DNA of 64,000 nucleotides from Bryobacterales bacterium (GTDB lineage Bacteria > Acidobacteriota > Terriglobia > Bryobacterales > UBA6623), in assembly GCA_963422375.2 (NCBI GenBank), contig OY729428.2:1440001-1504000 (forward strand), written 5' to 3'. The first letter of the stretch is position 1, and each line of letters starts with the position of its first letter. Shown here in pieces: positions 1 through 9,801 of this stretch. A program made the position numbers and the translations under genes. Below the pieces are notes generated by a model that was given only the letters and a program-made list of their open reading frames with translations, was not told the DNA's origin and ran no database searches.

Positions 1-178
1 TCCGGCGCGTCGTCGCACAGTGCTGCCTTCTGCGAGGTCTCGGAGTACTGCCCGAAGTCCTCGGTGTACAATGACAGCACGCGTGGCAAAAAATCCGCGT
101 ATCCCTGATCATGTGGCGCAGGCTAGTGGCGGGCCACAGTCGAACAGTCCGAGCAAGTAGGCAGACGAGTAGCGGACC

Positions 179-1510
179 ATGGCGAGCCCAAGCAATCGTG
201 CAGTGGTTTCATCCACTTCGAAGGCCCTTGCTGCCATTGAGCACCTCCTTGAGGAGCCGGGGCGAAAGGCGCTGACGCGTCGCGAAGCCTTGGCTCTTGG
301 CTGTCCAGTCAGTGTGTGCGATCGGGCCTTGCGGCTATTGCAGAATCAAGGCCGTATCTGTCGTTTCGGGGCCGAAATCTACGGGGTTGGCTGTGCTAAA
401 GTACTGGAGGCTGCGCCGCAAGCACTGGCTGGCTTGGGCTACGAAGTTTTGCCTGGTCGCCCGGTGCGTGGCTACAGAGAGCGTCTCAACGGAACCGGAC
501 TGCGGCTGAACAGGCGTTGTAGACGGAAGGTTCGCGGGCGCGGCGTGTGGCTGAATTGGGAGACACGCGATGGCAAGATCATGAAACAGAGCACTCCAGA
601 TGCCACGCACTTGGCGCATATTCCGACGGTCAATGAGGTCGAAGACCATTTCCACCGCTTCGATCACTGCGCATCCCTAGCTAGAGCGAAAAAAGACCTG
701 CTCGTGAATAAGGCTTTGGATGCGATGGAGATCTTCACTGGTGATGATTTTTCCCTAGCAATTGCCGGTGGGACTAGATTGACCGCGTATCAGCGGCTCG
801 TGTCTCGCTTCTCTGAAGATGTTGACGTCCGAGTAATTGTTCCCACGAGATTGGACGGACCGGACCGGCCGACCCGAAAAGATGATGTCGAGAGGTCGAA
901 TTTTGTGCAGGCAGCCGGTGAGACGTTTGCACAGCACATTGCACGGACGCTGCCATGGTTGAGTAGGACAAGCAAAGGACGGATTCGAAAGGACGGCGTG
1001 GTGCAAACTTCCATTTTCAACTATTCTGGGCGACATTTCTCCGATGCAGTCAAGCAGGGAATCAAGTTTGAACTAGCGGACGTTCCGTTGCGGATGCCTG
1101 CCCAGGCCCAGTTACGTAGCGACTGCTGGATCAGCGCGGTGGATCCTCGCCGTGGATCCTGTAGAAATCGCAGCAGGAAAATGGGTGGCGTTAGGGCAGC
1201 GCATCCCCGATGTCGGGGAGAGCCACCCCGACCTCGTCGGTCACATGCACGACATTACGATGATTTATCTGGGCATGACGCTGAGTGCTTGCGAGCGATT
1301 GCCTTCGCATCTGGGAACACCACGCCCGAGAGAATTGCGGATGCCTTGGAGGATTTTCGCACGCGCTTCAGCTGGCGTGACCACTACGTCGATTACTTGA
1401 GGCGCATGGGCATGATGCTGGTCTCCAAATTCGTGTGGAGCCATCCTACGTGGAAAATTGTGTTACAGAGGGCGCTGCACAGCGCTCAGAAGACCGGCCT
1501 CGTGCCTTGA
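179..1510 (+). CDS. Fused type IV TA protein: N-terminal DUF6088/AbiEi-like antitoxin plus AbiEii-family nucleotidyltransferase; internal double frameshift (probably degraded)
   Basis: N-term CDRALRLLQNQGRICRFG...ALAGLGYEV resembles DUF6088. KDLLV, AGGT(R)L and RFSEDVD are AbiEii motifs. The AbiEii-like segment VDPVEIAAGKWVAL...HMHDI lies in another frame (1152-~1280) after a 13-bp tandem duplication at 1135-1160. Lower GC than the rest of the window. Confidence 0.75.
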   Translation: MASPSNRAVVSSTSKALAAIEHLLEEPGRKALTRREALALGCPVSVCDRALRLLQNQGRICRFGAEIYGVGCAKVLEAAPQALAGLGYEVLPGRPVRGYRERLNGTGLRLNRRCRRKVRGRGVWLNWETRDGKIMKQSTPDATHLAHIPTVNEVEDHFHRFDHCASLARAKKDLLVNKALDAMEIFTGDDFSLAIAGGTRLTAYQRLVSRFSEDVDVRVIVPTRLDGPDRPTRKDDVERSNFVQAAGETFAQHIARTLPWLSRTSKGRIRKDGVVQTSIFNYSGRHFSDAVKQGIKFELADVPLRMPAQAQLRSDCWISAVDPRRGSCRNRSRKMGGVRAAHPRCRGEPPRPRRSHARHYDDLSGHDAECLRAIAFASGNTTPERIADALEDFRTRFSWRDHYVDYLRRMGMMLVSKFVWSHPTWKIVLQRALHSAQKTGLVP

Positions 1511-2149
1511 TCTTAAGCAGGCTATGAGCAGGCTCTAGAGGCCACGTTTCCTTGAAAATGTCTTCATGCTTTTCTAGGATTGAGCGATCCATCATTTGGA
1601 CATCCCAGTCGCGTGTATCGAGCAGTGAGAAGCTGACTGAGAGTCCGCCGCGGTCAGTTGACAAGCGGAAGCGAAAGGGCCATGGCGTGATGACAGTCGA
1701 TGGCAGTGCGGCTCTCAGGAATGTTGTCAGATTTCCAACAGGGCTCGAAGCGCAGTCGTACGAAGTTCCGTCGCAGGAGGCGTACAACAGGGGTCTTAGG
1801 AAGCGACGGGAGTCCGGCGAGGCATCCCTCACACGCCGGAAATCGCCTCGGCACCGTGTCAGGGTACCGCGCTAATGCGGCCCACCCCGGTGCGTGAGGG
1901 GCAGCCTGAGACTAGGCGATTTTGTCTGGGCCGTGTCGGAGCTGGCCGTCCATCCATTGTCGACATCGCGTGTCGCGACCCGAATCCGAGCGGGCGGGAT
2001 CCCCGTCCCGTGCGGACGGCGTCCTAGAACGGGGTGCCCTGACGGTCGCTGTAGCAGCGAGTTGCGGCCGCCTGCGCCTTCCACGGATTCGCATCCGGAC
2101 GCCGGGCCCGGCCGGGCCGAGTGCATCGCTCCGCGCTATGCTGGCGCTT

Positions 2150-3226
2150 GTGCATATCGCATGGATTCTGCTCTTGCTGTTGGCGGCTTGCTCTACCGCG
2201 CCGCCGCCGACTAGCTACGTTGTCGACAGCGCCTCGAGCGTCGACCCGTCATCCACCGAGCTGGTCGTCCTGAGGGACGATCTCGGGGGCATCGAAGCCG
2301 CCATCGCCCCCGTCAAGGGAGGCGAACTGAGCGGCCTGCGCGTGCGCCATGCCGGCACTTGGCTGGAGACGCTGCAGCTCGCGCGCGACTACGCCCCCCG
2401 AGAGGGCTTCGGCGGCAAGGGCCCGTTTCTCTGGCCCGCGACCGGGCGGAGCTTTCCTCCGGACCTGCAGGAGCGCCGCCGGGCCGGGGAGGTCTTCGAC
2501 GGCGGGGCCTACGTGCATGGCGGCGTCCGCCGCGAGATGCCGATCCACGGCTTCGCTCGCGACCTACCGTGGCAGGTCGACGAGACGGCGGCGGACGAGA
2601 TGTCCGCGCGCGCGCGCCTGAGCTTGCGTGACACCCCTCGCACCCGGGAGATGTATCCGTTCGGCTTTCTGTGCACGGTCGAGTACGCAGTGCTCGGAGG
2701 CGCGCTAGAGATGCGCTATGTCGTGCAGGCTGCCGCTGCCAACTCCGAGCCAATGTTCTTCTCGATCGGCAATCACATCACGTTGCTCGCCCCGCTCGTG
2801 GAAGGCAGCGACCCTGCCGGGATGGTCCTGACGAGTCCTTCCACCGTGGAAATCCTCAAGACGAGCTACGGCATCCCGACCGGCGAGACGAGGGACTTGT
2901 CCTACGCCGACGGCTTCGTGCTGGGAGGCTATCCGCCGCTCGTTGCCACCTCGCTGACCGGCTATCCGGACCGAGAGGATCCGTATGTCGAGTACTCGGA
3001 CCCCGCCGGCCTGAAGCTGCGCATCTCCCACCGGCCCAGCAAGATGCCCGATGCTCCCGTGATTCTCTTCAATGTCTGGGGTGACGTGCGAAGCGGATTC
3101 TTCAGTCCCGAGCCGTGGGTCGGACTGCAAAACTCGCTGGTTCAGAAGCAGGGCCTGATCTATCTGGATCCCGGCGTGGAGTTTCGCTGGACCGTCCGCG
3201 TGACCTACAGCAGCGCCGGAGCCTAG
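2150..3226 (+). CDS. Aldose 1-epimerase (galactose mutarotase-like) family lipoprotein
   Basis: Lipobox LLAAC; GGxPFLWP, MPIHGFAR, YPF, GNH and FFSPEPW motifs. Start is GTG 2150 or ATG 2138. Confidence 0.85.
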   Translation: MHIAWILLLLLAACSTAPPPTSYVVDSASSVDPSSTELVVLRDDLGGIEAAIAPVKGGELSGLRVRHAGTWLETLQLARDYAPREGFGGKGPFLWPATGRSFPPDLQERRRAGEVFDGGAYVHGGVRREMPIHGFARDLPWQVDETAADEMSARARLSLRDTPRTREMYPFGFLCTVEYAVLGGALEMRYVVQAAAANSEPMFFSIGNHITLLAPLVEGSDPAGMVLTSPSTVEILKTSYGIPTGETRDLSYADGFVLGGYPPLVATSLTGYPDREDPYVEYSDPAGLKLRISHRPSKMPDAPVILFNVWGDVRSGFFSPEPWVGLQNSLVQKQGLIYLDPGVEFRWTVRVTYSSAGA

Positions 3227-3489
3227 GAATTGTTCCGGCGTCTTCTTGGACGGCGCCGTGCCTGGGCCGGGTCGCTGTCCGCAGGTCGTCCGCTGCCCCT
3301 GCCTAGCTCTCCGCACTGGACCGGTCGGGCTGCTGCGGCGGGCTCGGGTCGGTCGCCAGCGGGCCCGTCGATGGCCTTGCCCGCAACGCCCCTCCGGTGG
3401 CGGGCCGCCAGACTGCTCGGCGTCCGGCCGGCCGGCTCTGGCCCGCCGCGGGTCCGAGTCCTTGATAGAGTGGGATTCTCGGGGAGTCG

Positions 3490-4215
3490 ATGGCGGACGT
3501 TGAAGCGACGCGATCCCCGCGTACTCTAGCCATCGACGTCGGGGGCAGCGGGCTCAAGATGATGACGCTCGGCCCTTCCGGGGCGCCCGTCAGCGACCGA
3601 GCCCGCCTAGCGACTCCCAAGCCGGCAACGCCCGATGCAGTCATGGCCGTGCTGGATGAGCTGGCCGCGGGCCAGCCCTCGTTCGACCGCGTGGCCGCCG
3701 GCTTTCCCGGAGTCGTCTCGAACGGCGTGACCCTCACGGCGGTCAACATGCATCCCGACTGGGTCGGCGTCGACTTCCGTGCCGCCTTGGAGCGGATGGC
3801 GGGCAAGCCGGCCTGTGTAGCGAACGACGCCGACGTGCAGGGACTGGCCGTGATCGAGGGCGCTGGCGTCGAGTTTGTACTGACTCTCGGCACCGGGCTG
3901 GGCTCGGCGCTGTACGTCGAGGGCAAGCTGGTGCCCAATCTGGAAATCGCCCATCACGTCTTTCGCAAGGACAAGACCTACGAGGACTGCCTGGGCCTGG
4001 GAGGATTCCAGCGTCGCGGAAAGGCCAAGTGGAACCGCCGCTTGGCGGAGGCGGTGGGCCAGCTGGAAGCGGCCTTCAACTACCGCCGCCTGTATATCGG
4101 GGGAGGGAACGCCGGCAAGGTATCCCAGGGCCTCTTGCCCGCCAACGTACGAATCGTCTCGAACGTGGCCGGTCTGCTGGGATGCCATCGCCTATGGGAA
4201 GGCGGCTCGCTCTAG
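3490..4215 (+). CDS. ppgK: ROK family kinase, polyphosphate glucokinase-like
   Basis: AIDVGGSGLK, NDAD, LTLGTGLGSAL, PNLEIAH and YIGGG motifs; SD GGAG upstream. Confidence 0.8.
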   Translation: MADVEATRSPRTLAIDVGGSGLKMMTLGPSGAPVSDRARLATPKPATPDAVMAVLDELAAGQPSFDRVAAGFPGVVSNGVTLTAVNMHPDWVGVDFRAALERMAGKPACVANDADVQGLAVIEGAGVEFVLTLGTGLGSALYVEGKLVPNLEIAHHVFRKDKTYEDCLGLGGFQRRGKAKWNRRLAEAVGQLEAAFNYRRLYIGGGNAGKVSQGLLPANVRIVSNVAGLLGCHRLWEGGSL

Positions 4216-4253
4216 CCGGCGGCGCCGACGACAGAGGCCGGTGGCCGCCCCTT

Positions 4254-5591
4254 CTACTGCAAGTCCGTTGCCGAGTTCCAGAACGCATGCATCTCCTCCG
4301 GGGGCGGCACGCGCACCGGCCGCACGAGCCGGAAGCCTAGCCACTGGGCGTCGGTGTGGTACCAGATACTCTTCGGCAATTGGGGATCCTGCATCTTCCA
4401 CGAGTCGTCCGACGCCCGCCGGGCTCCGCAGCGCAGCAGCGGTGCGTCATCCATCCACGACCCGCCCCGCACGACTCGCGGGTAGAGCGCCTCGGCCCGC
4501 ACCCACGGATCGACGGCTGCACCGTCGGTCGTGGCATACGAAGGCCTGTACCCGTCTAATGTCCACTCCCAGACGTTTCCGAGCATGTCGTGCAACCCCC
4601 ACGGATTTGCCTTCTTCGAGCCGACAGGCTGGTACTGCCCGTTGCTGTTGTCCCAAAACCAGGCGTGCTCGCCCAGCCCGTCGGGACCTGGCGGGAGCGG
4701 GCGTGCCGTCTCATGGCCCGCTCGGCAGGCGTACTCCCATTCGGCCTCGGTGGGTAGGCGGTAGAAGCGGCCGGTCTTGGCGCTGAGCCACTGGGCGTAC
4801 TTGCTGGCCGCGTGCTGGGTCATGCTGATCGCCGGGTATCCTTCGATGCCCATGCCGAAGCTCATCTCCATGTACGGAGGTGTAGGGCTCGACACGGCGG
4901 CGGCCACCCTGTCGGGATCGAGGTAGACCTCCGACTCGCGCAGCATGTAGGGGCGGAACGCGTCCCAAGTGACCTCGCGAGCGCCCATCCAGAACGCGCC
5001 CACATGCACGCGCCGGCGCGGGCCTTCGTCGTCGTGCCGCCCCGGCTCGGAGTTCGGCGTGCCCTGCACGAACTCGCCCCCCGCGATCGGCACCATGCGC
5101 AGCGCGGCCGCGGATCCGGGAATCTCCTGTTCGTAGGCGTCGGCCCCGTCCTTCGCTTTCTTGGTGATCCGCCGGTGGATCGCTCGGACCAGCTCCATCT
5201 CTCCGTCTTCGGTCGCGGCCCCGGAGCCCGACCCGAGCTGCAGCGCGCCCGGCCAAGGCGCTCCCGCGAGAATCCACTCGCGCACGGCCGACACCTCGGA
5301 AGGCGCCAGCGGTGGTCCTGCCGGGGGCATCGCGCCGGGCGCTCGAGCCGGCAGCGTCAATCGCGCTAGCAGCGGGCTGGCTTCCGGCTCGCCGGCGACG
5401 ATCGACGGGCCGGAGGCCCCACCCCTCATCGCGGCGTCGCGGTCTTCCAAGCTGAGGCCGCCGAGCTTGTTCGCATCCCGGTGGCACGCGAGGCACTTGG
5501 CCTCCAGCAGCGGCCGGATCTCGGTCTCGAAGTCGGCCGCCGCGGTCGGGACGGAGCTTGCCAGCGCCAGCAGTGCGAGCGGGCGCGCCAT
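4254..5591 (-). CDS. Secreted protein: planctomycete-type cytochrome c domain plus FGE/SUMF1 (EgtB/PvdO-like) domain
   Basis: Signal peptide MARPLALLALASS; CLACH heme motif; YRLPTEAEWEYACRAG, NPWGLHDMLGNVWEW, RGGSW and GFRLV. ATG overlaps the upstream stop (TAATG). Confidence 0.9.
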   Translation of the reverse strand: MARPLALLALASSVPTAAADFETEIRPLLEAKCLACHRDANKLGGLSLEDRDAAMRGGASGPSIVAGEPEASPLLARLTLPARAPGAMPPAGPPLAPSEVSAVREWILAGAPWPGALQLGSGSGAATEDGEMELVRAIHRRITKKAKDGADAYEQEIPGSAAALRMVPIAGGEFVQGTPNSEPGRHDDEGPRRRVHVGAFWMGAREVTWDAFRPYMLRESEVYLDPDRVAAAVSSPTPPYMEMSFGMGIEGYPAISMTQHAASKYAQWLSAKTGRFYRLPTEAEWEYACRAGHETARPLPPGPDGLGEHAWFWDNSNGQYQPVGSKKANPWGLHDMLGNVWEWTLDGYRPSYATTDGAAVDPWVRAEALYPRVVRGGSWMDDAPLLRCGARRASDDSWKMQDPQLPKSIWYHTDAQWLGFRLVRPVRVPPPEEMHAFWNSATDLQ

Positions 5592-6880
5592 TACAGGAAT
5601 GTCGTCTGGCCGGGGCGGGCGAGAGGCGGGACGTCCAGGGTCATGTTCCAGCGCAGGTTGTCGGGGAACCGCTTCTCCTGCGACTGGATGGCCTGGTCCC
5701 AGCCGATCTGCTGGCCGGTGTAGGCGGCCATGCGCCCGAGAATGGCCATCTGCGTGCTGTTCGCCATGCGGACGCCGTCGTTGACCGGCTCGCCGCGCCG
5801 GATCGCCCGGAAAAGCGCGTCGTGCTCCTCTTGGTACATGTTGTTCCGGGTCCCGCGGAACACCCACGGATTCTCGCCCTCGATGCGCGGCATCAGGCCC
5901 CGGCCGATGGTCAGCTTGCCCTTCGTGCCGAGAATGTAGTCGGCGTTCTCGCGGTGGCAGCCGGCGATCTGCCGGCAGCCCACGAAGGCGCGGACGCCGC
6001 CCGGATAGAGGTAGTTCACCTCGAAGTGGTCGAAGATGTTGCCGTCGTGCGCCGGGATCTGGCGCCCGCCCACGGCCACGCAGGTCTCGGGCGGCCGGTC
6101 CCCCATGGCCCAGGCGACCTTGTCGACGCTGTGAACCGCCTGCTCGACCAAGCCGTCGCCGCAGGTCCACACGAAGTTGTACCAGTTGCGGAGCTGCCAT
6201 TCGACGTCGCTCATGCCGAGCGGGCGCTCGTAGGCTGGGGGCATCGGCTTGACGGGGTTCGTGTAGAACGTCGCGTAGTAGGCCACGATGTCGCCGATGG
6301 CGCCGGAATGGACTTGGTCCATCGCGGCCGAGATCATGTTGTTGTAGCGCCAGCAGAAGCCGGCCACTACCGCCAAGTCCTTGCTCTCGGCCTTCTTCAC
6401 GGACTCTAGGACGGACCGGACGCCCGGTGTGTCTACGGCCATCGGCTTCTCGCAAAAGACGTGCTTGCCAGCGTCGATCGCCGCTCGGAAATGCATCGGC
6501 CGGAAACCCGGGGGGGTTGCGAGGAGGACTACGTCGACGCCGCTGTCGATGACTCCTTGGTAGGCGTCCAAGCCGAGGAACCGGTGCTCTCGGCTGACGC
6601 GGACCTTGCCCTCGTGCTGCTTGTTCACGGCTTCGAGGCAGCGGTCCACGCGCTCGCGGTCGATGTCGGCGACAGCGGTGAGCACCGCGTAGTCGTCGGC
6701 CTGCAGCGCTTGGGCGGCCGCCCCCGTGCCGCGCCCGCCGCAGCCGACCAGCCCGACCCTGATTTCCTGACCGGTCTCGGCCGCGCGCAGGAAGTACGCG
6801 CTGCCCGTGGCCGCGGCTGCCCCTCGCAGCACCCTGCGCCTCGTCGGGTCGGTAGTCTGCTGGTCTTGGTTGCTAGGCAT
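5591..6880 (-). CDS. Tat-exported Gfo/Idh/MocA family oxidoreductase
   Basis: TRRRVL twin-arginine-like leader, GLVGCGGRGTGAA Rossmann motif, ATPPGFRP, HVFCEKP. Confidence 0.9.
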   Translation of the reverse strand: MPSNQDQQTTDPTRRRVLRGAAAATGSAYFLRAAETGQEIRVGLVGCGGRGTGAAAQALQADDYAVLTAVADIDRERVDRCLEAVNKQHEGKVRVSREHRFLGLDAYQGVIDSGVDVVLLATPPGFRPMHFRAAIDAGKHVFCEKPMAVDTPGVRSVLESVKKAESKDLAVVAGFCWRYNNMISAAMDQVHSGAIGDIVAYYATFYTNPVKPMPPAYERPLGMSDVEWQLRNWYNFVWTCGDGLVEQAVHSVDKVAWAMGDRPPETCVAVGGRQIPAHDGNIFDHFEVNYLYPGGVRAFVGCRQIAGCHRENADYILGTKGKLTIGRGLMPRIEGENPWVFRGTRNNMYQEEHDALFRAIRRGEPVNDGVRMANSTQMAILGRMAAYTGQQIGWDQAIQSQEKRFPDNLRWNMTLDVPPLARPGQTTFL

Positions 6881-7025
6881 CAGGTTCCCTTTCCTCTTGC
6901 TGTTGTCCGAGCCGCGAGCGAGCGCCGCGCCCCCGGGCATTACTACGTGCGCCAGTTGCCTCGGCCAATTGAGACGCCCAACCCATAGTATGGGGCTAGG
7001 CGCTCCGAGCGCCTTGCCCGAGCCC

Positions 7026-7970
7026 ATGGACGAATCGCGGGACTCTAGGCGAATCCCGGGGGCCGGCCTGTCGCGCAGACGGACGACCGCCCGGCTAGCC
7101 GCCGTCGGTGCCGCCGTCGCCCTCGCGGGCATGTGCATGCCTGCAGTCTCTCAGCCGCTTCCGCCCGGGCCCGGACAGACCGGGACTTCCGAAGACGCGC
7201 CGATCCTGGAACTTGTCAACCTCGATATTCTGGACAGCCGGGACGGCTTCGCCATCCTGCCGGACAGCCCGTTCCTGCCCGGCGAGCGGGTCCACGTCTA
7301 TTTCCAGATCAAGGGCTACCGGGTCGGGCCGGAGGACAGGGTTCTGCTCCGTTACGAGCTGTCGGCGCTTGACCCGGTCGGGCGAAGATTCTACGCGCCG
7401 CATTCCGGGACGATCGATGAGGAGCTCGCCCCGCAGGACGAGAACTGGATGCCGGTCGTGCGCTATTCCCCGCGCATCCCTGATCACGCCGGAGGCGGCA
7501 CCTTTGCGATCCACGTGACCGTCCACGACGACCTGGCGGGGACCTCGGTGGAGGCCGACGTGCCCGTGAACGTGCAGGCGGAAACGGTGGACCGCGCGGA
7601 CGAGCTCCTCGTGCGGGAATTCCGCTTCTCGAGGGCGGAGGGCGGCGACCCGCTGGCCGAGGCCGAGTTTCGCCCCGGCGAGGAGATCTGGGCCGCATTC
7701 TACATCACCGGCTACGAGTCCCGGGCGAACAATACGTTCGATGTCGAGTCCGACGCTTGGGTCGTCGACTCCGATGGCGAGAGGCTGTACGCGTTCGATT
7801 CGCGCAGCGAGCAGGGCAGGCCTTACTACCCGCGGCTGTGGCTTCCGGCTCGCCTCCGACTTGACTTGGACGACACGATCTCGCCGGGTCGGTACACGGT
7901 TGTGCTGCGCCTGCGCGACCGCGTCGGCGGTTCCGAATCGACGCAGAGATACCAGTTTCGGATTCGCTAG
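7026..7970 (+). CDS. Hypothetical exported protein with two similar beta-rich modules
   Basis: Long ORF with a hydrophobic leader; internal repeat FLPGERVHVYFQIKGY / FRPGEEIWAAFYITGY. Start uncertain. Confidence 0.65.
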   Translation: MDESRDSRRIPGAGLSRRRTTARLAAVGAAVALAGMCMPAVSQPLPPGPGQTGTSEDAPILELVNLDILDSRDGFAILPDSPFLPGERVHVYFQIKGYRVGPEDRVLLRYELSALDPVGRRFYAPHSGTIDEELAPQDENWMPVVRYSPRIPDHAGGGTFAIHVTVHDDLAGTSVEADVPVNVQAETVDRADELLVREFRFSRAEGGDPLAEAEFRPGEEIWAAFYITGYESRANNTFDVESDAWVVDSDGERLYAFDSRSEQGRPYYPRLWLPARLRLDLDDTISPGRYTVVLRLRDRVGGSESTQRYQFRIR

Positions 7971-7985
7971 GCCTCCCGGAATAGG

Positions 7986-7991
7986 TATAAT
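7986..7991 (+). promoter_or_regulatory. -10 box TATAAT 6 nt upstream of the GTG start (leaderless promoter candidate)
   Basis: GGTATAATcgtcccGTG with no SD sequence. Confidence 0.6.
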
Positions 7992-7997
7992 CGTCCC

Positions 7998-8582
7998 GTG
8001 GCTCTGACTGAATCCACGATGCTGCCTCTTGGGACGGCAGCGCCGGACTTCGCTCTTCGTGACGCTGTCTCGAGGGGCACCTTCGCGCTCGGCGACATCG
8101 CCGAGGGTAAGCGCGGCGTCTTGGTGATGTTCATCTGCGCGCACTGCCCCTTCGTCATTCACGTGCAGGAAGAACTCGCCCGTTTTGGCACTGACTACCG
8201 GGCGGCCGGCCTAGGGATTGCGGCGATATCGTCGAACAGCGTGGTCAGCCATCCGGAGGATGCGCCCGACAAGCTCAAGGTCATGGCCGAGAGGCTGGGA
8301 TTCGCCTTCCCGTTCCTCTACGACGAGTCGCAGGATGTCGCGAAGGCCTACACGGCCGCCTGCACGCCCGACTTCTTCCTGTTCGACGCCGACTGCCGGC
8401 TCGCCTACCGCGGGCGCCTGGACTCGAGCCGCCCGGGCAACGGTGTACCTGTCGACGGCCGTGACTTGCGGGCCGCCATCGACTCCGTCCTGAAGGGCGA
8501 GCCCGTGTCCGGACAGCAGTTTCCGAGCGCGGGCTGCAACATCAAGTGGGCGGCGGGCAACGCGCCGTTGTATTTCGGCTAG
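7998..8582 (+). CDS. Thioredoxin-family (AhpC/TSA redoxin) protein
   Basis: GTAAPDF, FICAHCPFV, FPFLYDESQDVAKAY, ACTPDFF and GCNIKW motifs. Confidence 0.92.
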   Translation: MALTESTMLPLGTAAPDFALRDAVSRGTFALGDIAEGKRGVLVMFICAHCPFVIHVQEELARFGTDYRAAGLGIAAISSNSVVSHPEDAPDKLKVMAERLGFAFPFLYDESQDVAKAYTAACTPDFFLFDADCRLAYRGRLDSSRPGNGVPVDGRDLRAAIDSVLKGEPVSGQQFPSAGCNIKWAAGNAPLYFG

Positions 8583-8974
8583 TCCGCCCGGCGTTGCATC
8601 CGAGCGCCACCGCGCCGGAAGGCGGCGGTTTCGAGTTCGCGGGCCGAGCAAGCGCGTCGGCTTGGGACCTCGCCGATGCGGGTGGGTGCCGCGTGGCTCG
8701 ATAGGCTGGCTGCGACGCCACTGCCGCCCCGGTGGCCGTCAGGGGCAAGTTCCGGCTTGCGAAGTCCACCGCTCGGGTGGAACGCGCTGCCCGCTCGGAC
8801 ACTTCGTCCCGAGAGGAATCCTCTCTCCCCTGTGACTTGCTAGGCATCCCTCATGCGCCGCGGGTGCGCCCTGATGCGGCCCGCAAGGCGGGATCGGGCC
8901 CCGGTGAGCCGGGCGATCGACAACTAGGGTCCGTACCCAGCCGCCGCAACGGGCGTGTTCCGCCCGTCTCTAGG

Positions 8975-9005
8975 CGCGCCCCCGGTTGCCGGCAACCGGG
9001 GCGCG
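8975..9005. terminator. Near-perfect GC palindrome between convergent genes
   Basis: CGCGCCCCCGGTTGCC|GGCAACCGGGGCGCG with one bulge and no clear U-tract. Confidence 0.35.
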
Positions 9006-9208
9006 TTGACTGTCGCCGGAGCCAAGCGCACGTGCTGCACCGAACGAGCCCGCCCCTTGCCGTAGACCTTGCTGGCCGACGGCTAGAGGCTCGCGACAAC
9101 CGGAAACGGCGTCGCAGGCGCAACGCACGCTCGGAGCGTGTTGTGCGCGGATGCAGCGGAACCAAAGGCCGTCTGGCGGCCCGGCTGGTCCCCTCGGAAT
9201 GCTGACGC

Positions 9209-9580
9209 TTACGCGGCCCGCTTGTAGCTGGTGCCCGTGGCGGCGAAGCCGGAGCAGTCGTACTCGTCCTGGCAGTACACGCAGAGCGTGGTCCAAGGGA
9301 TGGCCTCGAGCCTGTTGGGGTTGATCTCGGCGCCGCAGTCCTGGCAGATGCCGTACTCGTCGATGTCCAGCAGCTTGAGCGCCGTCTCGACCGACCGGCG
9401 AGTCTCCCAGTCGTTGTTGATCACGCTGATGGTGAGATCCAGTTCGAAGCGGTTCTGCATCTGATCCATCGGATCGTTGCAGCGCTCGCGGATCAGCTCG
9501 TCTCGCGTATCCCTCCTAGTGAGGTCATCGAGCTTGGCCAGCAGCCGCTGGCGCACCGGGTCCTTGATGTGTTGTAGCAT
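9209..9580 (-). CDS. TraR/DksA C4-type zinc finger protein
   Basis: YGICQDCG...RLEAIPWTTLCVYCQ; coiled-coil tip NDPMDQ; SD AAGGAG. Confidence 0.9.
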   Translation of the reverse strand: MLQHIKDPVRQRLLAKLDDLTRRDTRDELIRERCNDPMDQMQNRFELDLTISVINNDWETRRSVETALKLLDIDEYGICQDCGAEINPNRLEAIPWTTLCVYCQDEYDCSGFAATGTSYKRAA

Positions 9581-9694
9581 CGTTCTCTCTCCTTGTGGCC
9601 GACCTCGAGTGCTGTTGCTGACAGGTCGCCGCCCGCCTTGCGGCACGGCTATACACTCGGTCCGACTACCCTAGCTTATATAGTATAATACGAA

Positions 9695-9712
9695 AACCAC
9701 CGGCCAGTGGTT
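9695..9712. promoter_or_regulatory. Candidate operator AACCAC-N6-GTGGTT next to an AT-rich -10 region of the dksA-like gene
   Basis: Perfect 6-6-6 inverted repeat beside TATTATACTATAT on the minus strand. Confidence 0.35.
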
Positions 9713-9801
9713 GCACATCGGAGAAAAGATTTCTTTTTTCTGGTTTTGCCGGGATTGCGTGCCGGGTTGCGACGCTCGGCAAGCTCCCCTCCGGCGTGCC
9801 G

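Noticed and set aside
1446..1900. Extra defence gene downstream of the AbiE fusion
   Set aside because: Short overlapping ORFs with no recognisable motif.
4254..5100. FGE/CLec-fold protein as a diversity-generating retroelement target
   Set aside because: No reverse transcriptase or adenine-variant template repeat seen in the window.
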